A program made the translations under genes and the position numbers. The notes under the pieces are model-generated. The model made no database searches, was not told the origin of the DNA, and saw only the letters and a list, made by a program, of their open reading frames with translations. Shown here in pieces: positions 19,899 to 29,173 of a stretch of 64,000 bases of DNA. The DNA comes from an uncultured delta proteobacterium (GTDB lineage Bacteria > Desulfobacterota > Binatia > UBA9968): the NCBI GenBank assembly GCA_963816145.1, contig CAWFJP010000031.1, positions 192,001 through 256,000 of the forward strand, read 5' to 3'. Each line of letters opens with the position of its first letter. Position 1 is the stretch's first letter.

Positions 19899-19998
19899 AG
19901 TAATGGAGTGATGGAGTATTGGAGTGGCGGAATAGCGGAATGATGCTGGTGAAAACCAGCACTCTGCCATTCCAGTACACCAATACCCCAATCCCCCC
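19899..19998. repeat. 8-bp periodic inverted repeat (GGAGTAAT/GGAGTGAT ... CCAATACC)
   Basis: AGTAATGGAGTGATGGAGTATTGGAGTG followed by the degenerate complementary tract. Confidence 0.65.
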
Positions 19999-20003
19999 CT
20001 CGC

Positions 20004-21935
20004 ATGTGGGACGCCGCCCTAATTGCTCTTGAGAGGTTCGCCGATCCTCTTCATCTAGGCATGCTGCTGGCCGGCGTGCTGGCCGGCACGGTCATCGGCA
20101 TCCTCCCCGGCCTGGGAGGTATCGCCTGCGTCGCCATCCTGCTGCCTTTCATCTATACGCTCGACGTGCACACCGCGATGATCCTGCTGGTCGGATCGCT
20201 GGCGGTGGTTCACACTTCCGATACCATCACCTCGGTGCTGATCGGCACACCAGGTTCCGCCGCGGCCGCCGTGACAATTCTGGATGGTCATCCACTGGCC
20301 AAGCAGGGCCAGGCTGCGCGGGCATTGAGCGCGGCGTTTTTGTCGTCGATGATCGGCGGCCTGATCGGCACGGTTTTTTTGACTCTCTCCCTGCCCATCG
20401 CGCGGCCTCTGGTGCTGCTCTTCGGCTCTCCCGAGTTGTTGATGCTCTGCGTTCTTGGCCTCTCCTTCGCCGGATTTCTCACCGGCGGTGCGCCGCTTAA
20501 AGGCGGGTTGGCCGCTTGCCTGGGGCTGTTGCTGGGCAGCGTCGGCTCCGCTCCCGCGGATGCCGTCGATCGCTATACCTTCGGCCAACTCTATCTGCTT
20601 GACGGCATTCCTCTGGTCGGAGTGGCCTTGGGAATCTTTGGCATCGCGGAGATTGTCGATCTGTTGGCCAAAGGGGGGCAGATAGCCGAGCGAATCCCTT
20701 TGGGACAAGGCTGGCTCCAGGGGGCCAAAGATGTGTGGCAACATTGGGGCATCGTGGTGCGCGGCTCGCTTATCGGCGTGTGGGCGGGCATTCTCCCCGG
20801 CATCGGCGCTACGGCGGGATCCTGGATGGCCTATGGGCACGTGGTCGCCATGGCCCGCGATCGCGAAAAATTTGGCAAGGGCGATATTCGCGGCGTTATT
20901 GGCCCGGAAAGCGCCAACAATTCCGTCGAGGCCGGGGATTTCATCCCGACGCTGCTGTTCAGCGTTCCGGGCGGCGCTCCGTCCGCGATCCTGCTGGGCG
21001 CGTTGTTTTTCTACGGCATTCAGCCCGGCCCGCGCATGGTGCAGGAAAATCTCGATCTGATTTTTACCATCATCTGGAGTTTTGCCATCGCCAATACGAT
21101 CGGCGCCGGGCTGTGTTTTCTCTTGAGCCCGGCGCTGGCGCGGCTCACCTGGATTCCCTTCGCTCGGCTGGCTCCGGCCGTCGTCGTGACGATTTTTTTT
21201 GGCGCCTTTCAAAGCTCCGAGCAGTTCGGCGATATCTACGCTATGATCGGGTTGGGATTGCTCGGCTGGCTCATGAAACAGTTGGGATGGCCACGCGCGC
21301 CTTTTCTCGTCGGCTTCGTCTTGACCAAGCCGACCGAACAGTATCTATGGCTATCGATTGAACGCTATGGCTTCGATTGGCTGTGGCGCCCGGGAGTCAT
21401 AGTTCTTGGTATGTTGTTACTCGCCTCGATAATTTGGATCGTTCGCCAAAAACGCGATGGTAAAGACAGCTCGGCCGAGGAATCCGACGGGGAGGCGGTT
21501 CTCTTGGGAAAACTGCCGTCGGTTGTTTTCACAATTCTAGTTTTGCTTGTCGTGGCGGCAGCGCTTTATGAAGCGCAAAACTTTCCCTACCTGGGCGCGA
21601 TATTTCCAATGGCGGCGACGATTCCGGCGATTTTCATGGCGGCAGCCCAGATCGTTCTTGAAGTGCGCGCCACCCGGGAATCGCCGGGGATCGAGACACG
21701 GAAGAAAACTAAATTGGCCCTCGGTTATATTCTTTCGCTCGTCGCGTATCTCTTGCTGATCTTGTTTTTCGGCTTCGGCATCGCCACCGCGCTTTTCACC
21801 TTCGGTTTTCTTTACGGCTGGGTCCGCGCGGGCTGGTTTACTGCCGCTATCTACACCGGTGTTTTGGTCGGTCTGACCTCGGTCATGAGCTGGCTGCTCG
21901 GCATGCACTGGCCGGGAGGTATCCTGCTCGGATAA
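20004..21935 (+). CDS. tctA: Tripartite tricarboxylate transporter permease TctA with C-terminal TctB-like extension
   Basis: IGILPGLGG, LIGTPGSAAA, GVIGPESANNS; about 150 extra residues with 4-5 TMs ending WPGGILLG. Confidence 0.9.
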   Translation: MWDAALIALERFADPLHLGMLLAGVLAGTVIGILPGLGGIACVAILLPFIYTLDVHTAMILLVGSLAVVHTSDTITSVLIGTPGSAAAAVTILDGHPLAKQGQAARALSAAFLSSMIGGLIGTVFLTLSLPIARPLVLLFGSPELLMLCVLGLSFAGFLTGGAPLKGGLAACLGLLLGSVGSAPADAVDRYTFGQLYLLDGIPLVGVALGIFGIAEIVDLLAKGGQIAERIPLGQGWLQGAKDVWQHWGIVVRGSLIGVWAGILPGIGATAGSWMAYGHVVAMARDREKFGKGDIRGVIGPESANNSVEAGDFIPTLLFSVPGGAPSAILLGALFFYGIQPGPRMVQENLDLIFTIIWSFAIANTIGAGLCFLLSPALARLTWIPFARLAPAVVVTIFFGAFQSSEQFGDIYAMIGLGLLGWLMKQLGWPRAPFLVGFVLTKPTEQYLWLSIERYGFDWLWRPGVIVLGMLLLASIIWIVRQKRDGKDSSAEESDGEAVLLGKLPSVVFTILVLLVVAAALYEAQNFPYLGAIFPMAATIPAIFMAAAQIVLEVRATRESPGIETRKKTKLALGYILSLVAYLLLILFFGFGIATALFTFGFLYGWVRAGWFTAAIYTGVLVGLTSVMSWLLGMHWPGGILLG

Positions 21936-23332
21936 TGGTAAATTCTCGCACACCCGTCGACGTTTTAGTGATCGGCGGCGGCAACGCGGCGCTGTGCGCA
22001 GCGATCACGGCGCGGCGCCGCGGCGCGCGCGTGCTCTTGCTCGAAAGCGCGACGAAAGATTTTCGCGGCGGCAATAGCCGGCACACGCGCGATATCCGCT
22101 ATATGCACCGGGCGGCCACCGATTATGTCACGGATGCCTACGGTGAAGAGGAGTTCTGGCAGGATCTTCGAGGAGTGACCGGCGGCGCGACCAACGAGCG
22201 GCTCGCTCGCTTGACCATTCGCGAGTCCGAAACCCTGGGCGATTGGATGCCGGCCAACGGCGTGCGCTGGCAAAAGCCGCTGCGCGGCACGCTCCATCTG
22301 ACGCGCAGCAATCTCTTCATGCTCGGCGGCGGCAAGGCGATGATGAACGCCTACTATGACACGGCGGTGAAACTCGGTGTGGAGATCGCCTACGAAACCG
22401 AGGTGCGTGAATTGAAAATGATCGACGGTCGATTTGCCTCCGCCGTGGCGAGTCGCAACGGCTCGTCGAAGGAATTCACGGCGAAGGCCCTCGTCGTCGC
22501 GTCCGGCGGCTTTGAAGCGAACATTCCCTGGTTGAAGGAATACTGGGGCGACGCCGCCGAAAATTTCATCATCCGCGGCACGCCGCACAATCAGGGCGGC
22601 ATGCTGAAAGAGCTGCTCAGACACGGCGCTAAGCCGGAGGGGGACCCGCGCGGCTGCCACGCCGTGGCGCTCGACGCCCGCGCACCGAAATTCGACGGCG
22701 GCATCGTCACCCGCTTGGACAGCGTGCCGTTCGGCATCGTCGTCAATAAAGCGGCGAAGCGCTTTTACGACGAGGGCGAAGATTTCTGGCCGAAGCGTTA
22801 CGCGATCTGGGGAAAACTCATCGCCGAGCAGCCCGAGCAGATCGCTTATTCCATCATCGATGCCAAAGGACTGCCGCACTTCATGCCGTCGGTGTTTCCA
22901 CCGGTGGAAGCGGGCTCGATCGCCGAGCTGGCCGCGGCTTGGGAACTCGATCCGCGCGCGCTCGAGGCGGTCGTCGATGGATACAACCGCTCCGCGCGCG
23001 GCGGGCGATTCGATCCCGGCAGCCTGGACGACTGCCATACGGACGGCTTGGTTCCGCCGAAGAGCCATTGGGCGCGGCCCATCGACACGCCGCCATATTA
23101 TGGTTATCCGCTCAGGCCGGGCATTACGTTTACTTACCTCGGCGTCACCGTCAACGAACAGGCGCAAGTGATCATGCAAGACGACGCGCCGGCAAAAAAT
23201 GTCTTTGCCGCGGGCGAAGTGATGGCCGGCAACATTCTCGGCCGCGGTTATCTCGCGGGCTTTGGCTTGACGATCGGTTCGGTGTTTGGCCGGATCGCCG
23301 GCCAGGAGGCGGCGCGCTGTGCCGGATTTTGA
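21935..23332 (+). CDS. tcuA: FAD-dependent tricarballylate dehydrogenase
   Basis: GGGNAALCAA, RGGNSRHTR, ARAPKFDGGIVTRLD, GEDFWPKRYAIWG, GNILGRGYLAGFG. Confidence 0.93.
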   Translation: MVNSRTPVDVLVIGGGNAALCAAITARRRGARVLLLESATKDFRGGNSRHTRDIRYMHRAATDYVTDAYGEEEFWQDLRGVTGGATNERLARLTIRESETLGDWMPANGVRWQKPLRGTLHLTRSNLFMLGGGKAMMNAYYDTAVKLGVEIAYETEVRELKMIDGRFASAVASRNGSSKEFTAKALVVASGGFEANIPWLKEYWGDAAENFIIRGTPHNQGGMLKELLRHGAKPEGDPRGCHAVALDARAPKFDGGIVTRLDSVPFGIVVNKAAKRFYDEGEDFWPKRYAIWGKLIAEQPEQIAYSIIDAKGLPHFMPSVFPPVEAGSIAELAAAWELDPRALEAVVDGYNRSARGGRFDPGSLDDCHTDGLVPPKSHWARPIDTPPYYGYPLRPGITFTYLGVTVNEQAQVIMQDDAPAKNVFAAGEVMAGNILGRGYLAGFGLTIGSVFGRIAGQEAARCAGF

Positions 23333-24431
23333 TCTCGTCAAAGACGGCGCGCGGCAGATGACGATCTGCAACGCCTGCCGCTACTGCGAAGGGTACTGCG
23401 CGGTGTTTCCGGCGATGGAGCAGCGCCGGGTTTTCACCAAAGCCGATCTCACCTATCTCGCCAATCTTTGCTTCGATTGCCGCGACTGTTATTACGCCTG
23501 CCAGTACGCGCCGCCCCATGAGTTCGGCGTCAATATTCCCAAGTTGATGTCCGAATTGCGCGCCGATACCTATCGCGAGTTCACCTGGCCGGTGATTTTG
23601 TCGGGTCTGTTCAAGCGCAACCTGCTGGCGGTAAGCGGGATCACCGCCGCGTCGATTATGATCATTTTCGGTCTCGTGCTCGGGTTTCAAGGCTCGGAGG
23701 TTTTGCTCGGTACCCACCTCGGCGAAGGAGCTTTTTACCGCGTGGTGCCGTTTGTCGCCATGACCGTGCCGCCGTCGCTCATCGCGCTCTACGGTTTTAT
23801 AGTTTTCATCATCGGCGCGGCGCGCTTTTGGCGCGAGACTCAGGGACCGATTTCCGCGTTGGTCGATTTGCCCGCGCTGTGGCGCGCGACCAAAGACGCT
23901 TTCGGTCTCGCCTATATGAAAGGCGGCGGCGCCGGCTGCAACTATCCCGGCGAGAGTTTTTCGCGCTTAAGAATGTGGCTGCACCATTTGGTTTTTTATG
24001 GTTTTCTTCTCGACCTGGCCGCCACGACCGTCGCAGCTTTCTACGACCACTTTCTCGGTTGGCAGGCGCCTTATCCCTATTTCAGCGCGCCGGTGGTGCT
24101 CGGCACCGCCGGCGGCGTGGGTTTGATCATCGGCACCGCGGGTCTGCTTTGCTTGAAATGGAAAAGCGATCGCGCGCCCGCGGACGCAAGCATGTTCAAC
24201 ATGGACGCGGCGTTTCTCTTGCTGTTATTTCTAACCGCCGTTACCGGTCTTATATTGCTCGCGTTCCGCGAAACCGCGGCGATGGGAACGCTGCTGGTCA
24301 TCCATTTGGGCGCGGTCGCGGGACTGTTCATTACGTTGCCTTATGGAAAGTTTGCCCACGTGGTCTATCGTTACGCCGCATTGGTGCGCTACGCGATCGA
24401 GCAGAGGCGAGTCGAAACACACTCTTCATAA
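23319..24431 (+). CDS. tcuB: Tricarballylate utilization 4Fe-4S membrane protein
   Basis: CNACRYCEGYCAVF and CFDCRDCYYACQYAPPHEF; PYGKFAH; GTG start with AGGAGG RBS. Confidence 0.93.
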   Translation: MPDFDLVKDGARQMTICNACRYCEGYCAVFPAMEQRRVFTKADLTYLANLCFDCRDCYYACQYAPPHEFGVNIPKLMSELRADTYREFTWPVILSGLFKRNLLAVSGITAASIMIIFGLVLGFQGSEVLLGTHLGEGAFYRVVPFVAMTVPPSLIALYGFIVFIIGAARFWRETQGPISALVDLPALWRATKDAFGLAYMKGGGAGCNYPGESFSRLRMWLHHLVFYGFLLDLAATTVAAFYDHFLGWQAPYPYFSAPVVLGTAGGVGLIIGTAGLLCLKWKSDRAPADASMFNMDAAFLLLLFLTAVTGLILLAFRETAAMGTLLVIHLGAVAGLFITLPYGKFAHVVYRYAALVRYAIEQRRVETHSS

Positions 24432-24477
24432 AGTCCCCTTGTGAGTGATACGCAGTATGTGGGGATAAGGGGGCTTT
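24430..24477. terminator. Possible bidirectional hairpin terminator
   Basis: AAAGTCCCCTT ... AAGGGGGCTTT between convergent genes. Confidence 0.5.
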
Positions 24478-24491
24478 GTTGACTAAGTGGA

Positions 24492-25862
24492 CTAGTTCGT
24501 GTCCCAGCGCAACGCGGCGCGCACCGCCGCAGCGTCATGAGCCTCGTCGACACGACGCGAGCGGCTTTCGTAAGCTTGCCAAGTCGCTGCGTCCCAAATG
24601 CGCGTGCTCAGGCGAGCCTTGAGCAGCTGACGCACGCGAGGTAAATCGCCTAGCTGCAAGGCAGCCATGACCATGATCTGGTCGTAGAGGTCTTGTTGGA
24701 CGTGGCTCGCACCGAGTTCCCCGTGGCGCTGGCGCACGGCCAGCATCCGCTCAAGCGCTTCGCGGGGCTTGTCCTGGTAAAAAGCCGCCGCGGCCTGGGC
24801 GAGCTCGTGCGCCAGCGCCGCCTGTGTGGAGCTCGTCCCGGCAGAGCGCAGGTATTCGATCGCTGACTGCACCGCCGATAGCCGCCCGCTGCGCATCAGT
24901 GCCATGACGTGATGCATGGAGGTAAACCATACCGTGCTTTGCGTAGCGTTGAGCAAAGAGGCTTGCGCCAGGCGCTCCCAACGCGCCAGCCCGACGTCAA
25001 CACCCTGGAATTCCAGGCGCGCCAGCAACGAGGCGCCATTTTGAACGTCAATGTAAAAGGTCGACGACTTCGGATAAACCTCGCGGTCAAACAGATCGAG
25101 AACCTCGTCGAAACGGCCCTGCAAAAACTTAAACAAGCTCAAATGCCACCACAGGTGGCCGCGAAACAGGTTATAGTCGTTGAGAAACCGCGCCGCATCG
25201 CTGAGCAGTTCGATGCCCTCCCGGACACGGCTTTGCATCTCGAACACATGGACCAGGCCATGCAAGGCCCAGAGATCCTGCGGCTGCAAAGCCAGCGCCT
25301 CGCGGGCGCAACGCTCGGCCACTTCGTACTGGCCAACCTCTTCCATCGCGAAGGCATGAGCCGAAAGAAAGTGCCCATAACCGGGCGTCCGGGGGCCCCA
25401 ATGGCCGGCGACTCCCGCGCTCACTTCGGCTTGATGTCGTTTGTCACCGGTCCAGAAAAGCGTGCCTGTGTGTTGACGCAAAGCCAGCAAATCCAATGGC
25501 CACTCGACCAGGATTTGCTCCCAGGCCGCCGCACGGGCGGAAAGATCCTGCGCAATCCAGGCACGCAAGGCTTCTTGGTGCAAACGCTCCCGGGGATTGG
25601 CGGGCAAAGCCTCCGCCTGCCGCAGGTGTGCCCGTGCCCTGGGCTGGGCGTCGAGCGTATATTCGGTCATGAGAGAGTAGCCCTTGAGTACATGAGCAAG
25701 GACAAACTCCGGAAACTCCTGCAACAGTGCGTCCAGGCGATCCCCTGTCCCCAGACGGTAGTAGTAGATGTCGTCAATCAGGGCGTCGAAACGCTCAACA
25801 GCTGCGGAGCTGGCCGCAGTGAGCGAAAGGCCACGAATATCCATGATGTCAACGTGGGTCAT
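24492..25862 (-). CDS. Tetratricopeptide repeat protein (TTC38-like)
   Basis: WPLDLLAL, AFAMEEVG, DLWALHGLVHVFEM, HLWWH, GASHVQQD. Confidence 0.8.
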   Translation of the reverse strand: MTHVDIMDIRGLSLTAASSAAVERFDALIDDIYYYRLGTGDRLDALLQEFPEFVLAHVLKGYSLMTEYTLDAQPRARAHLRQAEALPANPRERLHQEALRAWIAQDLSARAAAWEQILVEWPLDLLALRQHTGTLFWTGDKRHQAEVSAGVAGHWGPRTPGYGHFLSAHAFAMEEVGQYEVAERCAREALALQPQDLWALHGLVHVFEMQSRVREGIELLSDAARFLNDYNLFRGHLWWHLSLFKFLQGRFDEVLDLFDREVYPKSSTFYIDVQNGASLLARLEFQGVDVGLARWERLAQASLLNATQSTVWFTSMHHVMALMRSGRLSAVQSAIEYLRSAGTSSTQAALAHELAQAAAAFYQDKPREALERMLAVRQRHGELGASHVQQDLYDQIMVMAALQLGDLPRVRQLLKARLSTRIWDAATWQAYESRSRRVDEAHDAAAVRAALRWDTN

Positions 25863-26003
25863 AAATTCTGTAGAGGAAATTCAAACCGACTTTTTATCCT
25901 GACCGAGCAGTATAGCCGGACCCGGCAGTTGTCAATCGCGTTTCTGTTTGATGAAATTCGCGACTTTGCTTCGGTCGGATAATGGAATAGCGGGCAGCTA
26001 TTC

Positions 26004-26146
26004 CTTCTAAACTTTCTTCCTTCCTGTTTGGTTCATCCCGCACAGGCACTCTTGAATTCAACTCCACAACTTCGTGCTCGCTATCGCCGCGCCTGCGCGC
26101 AGGACGCGCAACTTGGCCCAGGCGATTTGCGCAGGACGCGGCGCCC
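26004..26146 (-). pseudogene. 3' stub of metE-like gene plus downstream flank (direct repeat of 32341-32485)
   Basis: Reads QIAWAKLRVLRAGAAIASTKLWS*; flank GTTCATCCCGCACAGGCACTCTTGAATTCAAC conserved. Confidence 0.88.
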
Positions 26147-26222
26147 GTTGAGGTGTGCTTGATTTTTTTATGAGTGACCATGATCTTCGCGGTTCCCGGA
26201 CTGCGAAGCATATTCCATCGGC

Positions 26223-27134
26223 CTACGGCTCCAACTGGAATCGCCTTCCGGGGGGATTCCCCGCCTCGTACTTCAGTAATTTCATGCGCGGGACGGAGAC
26301 GTCGCTGCAAACCTTGCGGATGTTGATCAACTCGGTGGGCGCGTTCCAGTCGGTCTTCGACTCGCAGGCGACTTTTGCGCAGGTGGTCTGCTTCAGCCAG
26401 GAGCACACTTTTACGTCACGGCCGGCTGCATCCACCAGCTCGGTCTGATACGAGTTGTCGGGTTTGTCCTTGCCATCCTCTAAATGCACGCCTTGCACCA
26501 GCGTGTAGAAGACGCCGCCGGTCTCCAGCAAGCTCAGCACCTTCTCCAGGAACTGGGACAAGTCTTCGGTATAGGAGAAGCCGCCGTACACGTCGGTAAT
26601 GATCTGGAATTTTCCAAGGTCCTCGCGCGAATAGTGCCGCAGGCCTTTGCCGAAAAGATAGCTAATACGGTCATCGCCGAGACTCGCGGCTTGCTGTTGC
26701 CACTTGTCCGTCCGGCGGTCCTCTATGGACATCGCGACCGAGCGCGCCCTGCCGGCCAACTGGGCGCACTTTCCAGCCGGGACCGCGTCGTCTACGGGTG
26801 CATAGTAGTCGAGTATCGCCTGCCCTTCGCCCGTTCCGACATCAAGCCATCGGTCCGAGCTGCCCAGGCTGCCGAGCGCGTCACAGAACCCGGAGGGAAG
26901 AAGTTGCGCATAGTCCGAGAGCCCTCGGTTGGTGACGTAGCCGCTGGGAACTTCGGCGCCCCGGCTGCGGTAGATTTTTTCCTGCTTGGCGAATTCCTCG
27001 TCGATCCGCGGTTGAGCGGGTTCCTGTGACCAGCCAGTTCCCAGCCCAAGCGCCTCTAGGACGATGACGATCAGAACGGCCAGGGGCGCTGCCGCAGTGT
27101 TCCATCCTTGCACCGACGATCTGACTGAAGCCAT
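26223..27134 (-). CDS. Secreted class I SAM-dependent methyltransferase-fold protein (paralog C)
   Basis: GWS-QEP after hydrophobic stretch; WLDVGTGEG; IITDVYGGF; six conserved Cys. Confidence 0.88.
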   Translation of the reverse strand: MASVRSSVQGWNTAAAPLAVLIVIVLEALGLGTGWSQEPAQPRIDEEFAKQEKIYRSRGAEVPSGYVTNRGLSDYAQLLPSGFCDALGSLGSSDRWLDVGTGEGQAILDYYAPVDDAVPAGKCAQLAGRARSVAMSIEDRRTDKWQQQAASLGDDRISYLFGKGLRHYSREDLGKFQIITDVYGGFSYTEDLSQFLEKVLSLLETGGVFYTLVQGVHLEDGKDKPDNSYQTELVDAAGRDVKVCSWLKQTTCAKVACESKTDWNAPTELINIRKVCSDVSVPRMKLLKYEAGNPPGRRFQLEP

Positions 27135-27139
27135 GACAA

Positions 27140-28113
27140 TTATTTTCTCCTCGCGTTGAAAAAAGTGCCGTTCTTAATGGCCTGGTCAAAGCTGTTCCAG
27201 CCATAGTCTATGCCGCCGGTGGCCGCAAGGCTGAAGGCGGAGGCGGTCAGCGCGCTGACGAAAGCGATCTGCGCTTCTTCGGTGTCATCGGGTTCGTCTT
27301 CGAATGCGCGCAGCGTGTGCTCGTTCGGATACTGCGCATCTTGGTGGACCGTGTCCCGTATCGAGATCTCGCCGACCGCGCGCGGAATGAAGCGGTAAAA
27401 TTGCCCGCGGTTGCGGGTGGGCCAGATGTCCTCGTCCGCACCGATCACCATCACTGGAGCGGTGATCCGCTGCAGCAACTGCCGCAATTCCCGGCCGATC
27501 CCGGCAGGATCGAGGAGCACGCCACCGAACGCGGGGGCTTTTTCCCCCAACGCGGTGGCGACGGCGGTCGCGCCGAATGAGTGGCCCACCAGAATGATCT
27601 TGTCCGCGTCGATGCGCTCGTCGACGAGCTGCGGCGTCCGATGAATCGCGTCGACCAGCCTGGCAAGGGTTCTGCCGTTGGCGATCCACGGGCCACGTTT
27701 GGGCAAGTCGAGGGCCAGGCTATGCATGCCCCAGGAGGCCAAGTGCTTCGCTTGGAAGGCATGATCCTCCTTCGAATTGTCGAGACCGTGCAACACGATC
27801 ACCAGGGGAGCCTTGCGGGCCGCCGCGCACAGGTACAAGTCCGCTGTCCGCCGTGAGACCGGAAGCCAGGGAGATTTCCAGGTCTTTGCGCTCGCTGACG
27901 GCAAAGGGCCCGCGCAACCTGAATTGTGCGACGTCGGGTTTGCGGGATAGTAGATATCGTTGGAGCTCGGCGGGGTTATCGGTCTTTATCGTCGTGACTT
28001 CAAGGCCCGGAAACCGGCGAGCACAGCCGACCGAATGCGCCATGAGCGCGATCAGCAGCAAGGGCTGAAATGCGAAAACCTGATCGGCCGATCACGGCTG
28101 CGGTTCCTGGCAT
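27140..28113 (-). pseudogene. Lipoprotein alpha/beta hydrolase, frameshifted
   Basis: Lipobox-like SVGC; VIVLHG, GHSFG nucleophile elbow; a 7-bp tandem duplication at 27839-27852 breaks the frame; probable extra base near 28062. Confidence 0.8.
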
Positions 28114-28334
28114 ATTACTCCCGAGAACGATTCAAGGCAGAGTCTTGAATCTTGACTTTGCTATTTTCGGTTTTGCTCTTAATAACACTTCGAAAATTTT
28201 GCTGTCCGTCTTGAAATGGAAATGGGCGGCGCGATTTCTCCCCTCTCGCTGATGCCCCTTCTCGTCCTCGAAAGGCACACCGAGCTACTTCTACTTCTCG
28301 GCAACTGCGTGTGTCTGCGCAACTCGAGTGGTTC

Positions 28335-28979
28335 CTAGGCCGTCTTGGCAAACCCTTCATTCACTTCTTTCTCGTAGGCGACGAGCTTCTTGACGCTCGG
28401 GCGCTCCTGCATGCGCTTGAAATGCGCCGCGACGTTGGCGAAGCCTGAGATGTCCACTTTCAATTGGGTGGCGCGCCGGCAACACCAAAAGAAATGCGCG
28501 TCCGGGGCGGTGAAATGGTCGAAGAAGTATTCGCGCCCGGCGAGCAAATCATCACCGATTTTGAAGTTCTCGAAGAGCGCTTCGGTGGCGAACTTGATCA
28601 CGCTATCGGACGCGCCGTTGGCGTCGCAGACTTTGGGCGGGTTGTTGATCCGGCTCAGATAGGGGTGGATGCCGCTGGCACACCAGCCATGCAGCGAGAT
28701 CGCCTGCAACTGCTCCCACGGATCGGCGGGCAGGAGCTTCGCTGCGGGGAAGGTTCGATGGACCCATTGATGGATGGCGACGTTCTCGGTCAGGATCTTG
28801 CCGTCGACCACCAGCGCGGGCACCTTGTGTTTCGGGTTGATCTTCAGGTACTCGGGCGAGAAATTCTGCCGCTTGCGGAAATCGAGCGGCCGGACCTCGA
28901 AATCGGCGCCGGCCTCGGCCAGCGTGACATAGGGAGCGAGCGCGCAGGTGTTGGGGGCGTAGTAAAGAACGATTTCCAT
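28335..28979 (-). CDS. Glutathione S-transferase family protein
   Basis: LYYAPNTCA, YLKINPKHKVPAL, LTENVAI, FTAPD; GAGGAG RBS. Confidence 0.93.
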   Translation of the reverse strand: MEIVLYYAPNTCALAPYVTLAEAGADFEVRPLDFRKRQNFSPEYLKINPKHKVPALVVDGKILTENVAIHQWVHRTFPAAKLLPADPWEQLQAISLHGWCASGIHPYLSRINNPPKVCDANGASDSVIKFATEALFENFKIGDDLLAGREYFFDHFTAPDAHFFWCCRRATQLKVDISGFANVAAHFKRMQERPSVKKLVAYEKEVNEGFAKTA

Positions 28980-29173
28980 TGATGTCTCCTCATTAGTCTG
29001 ATTCCCGATAATTCCCGCCTCTTGAGTCGGGCACAAATTTGCTGGGCTTTCCGAAGCGTTCGGACATCCCCTTTTGGTCGTGCGCGGGGTTCAAACTCGA
29101 CTCACGAAGTTCGCTTGACCGACCGATTGCGAACTTGGTTCTCCGGGCACCGTCTGGATGGCCATCGACTTCT

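Noticed and set aside
20055-25982. Long antisense ORFs (20055-21212, 21965-23371, 24909-25982; also 5946-6905, 31455-32510, 63392-63994)
   Set aside because: Shadow frames of well-supported genes in GC-rich DNA, with no motifs of their own apart from the metE stub at the start of 5946-6905.
29075-29115. GGTTCAAAC resembling a tRNA T-loop
   Set aside because: No cloverleaf, acceptor stem or anticodon arm can be built.
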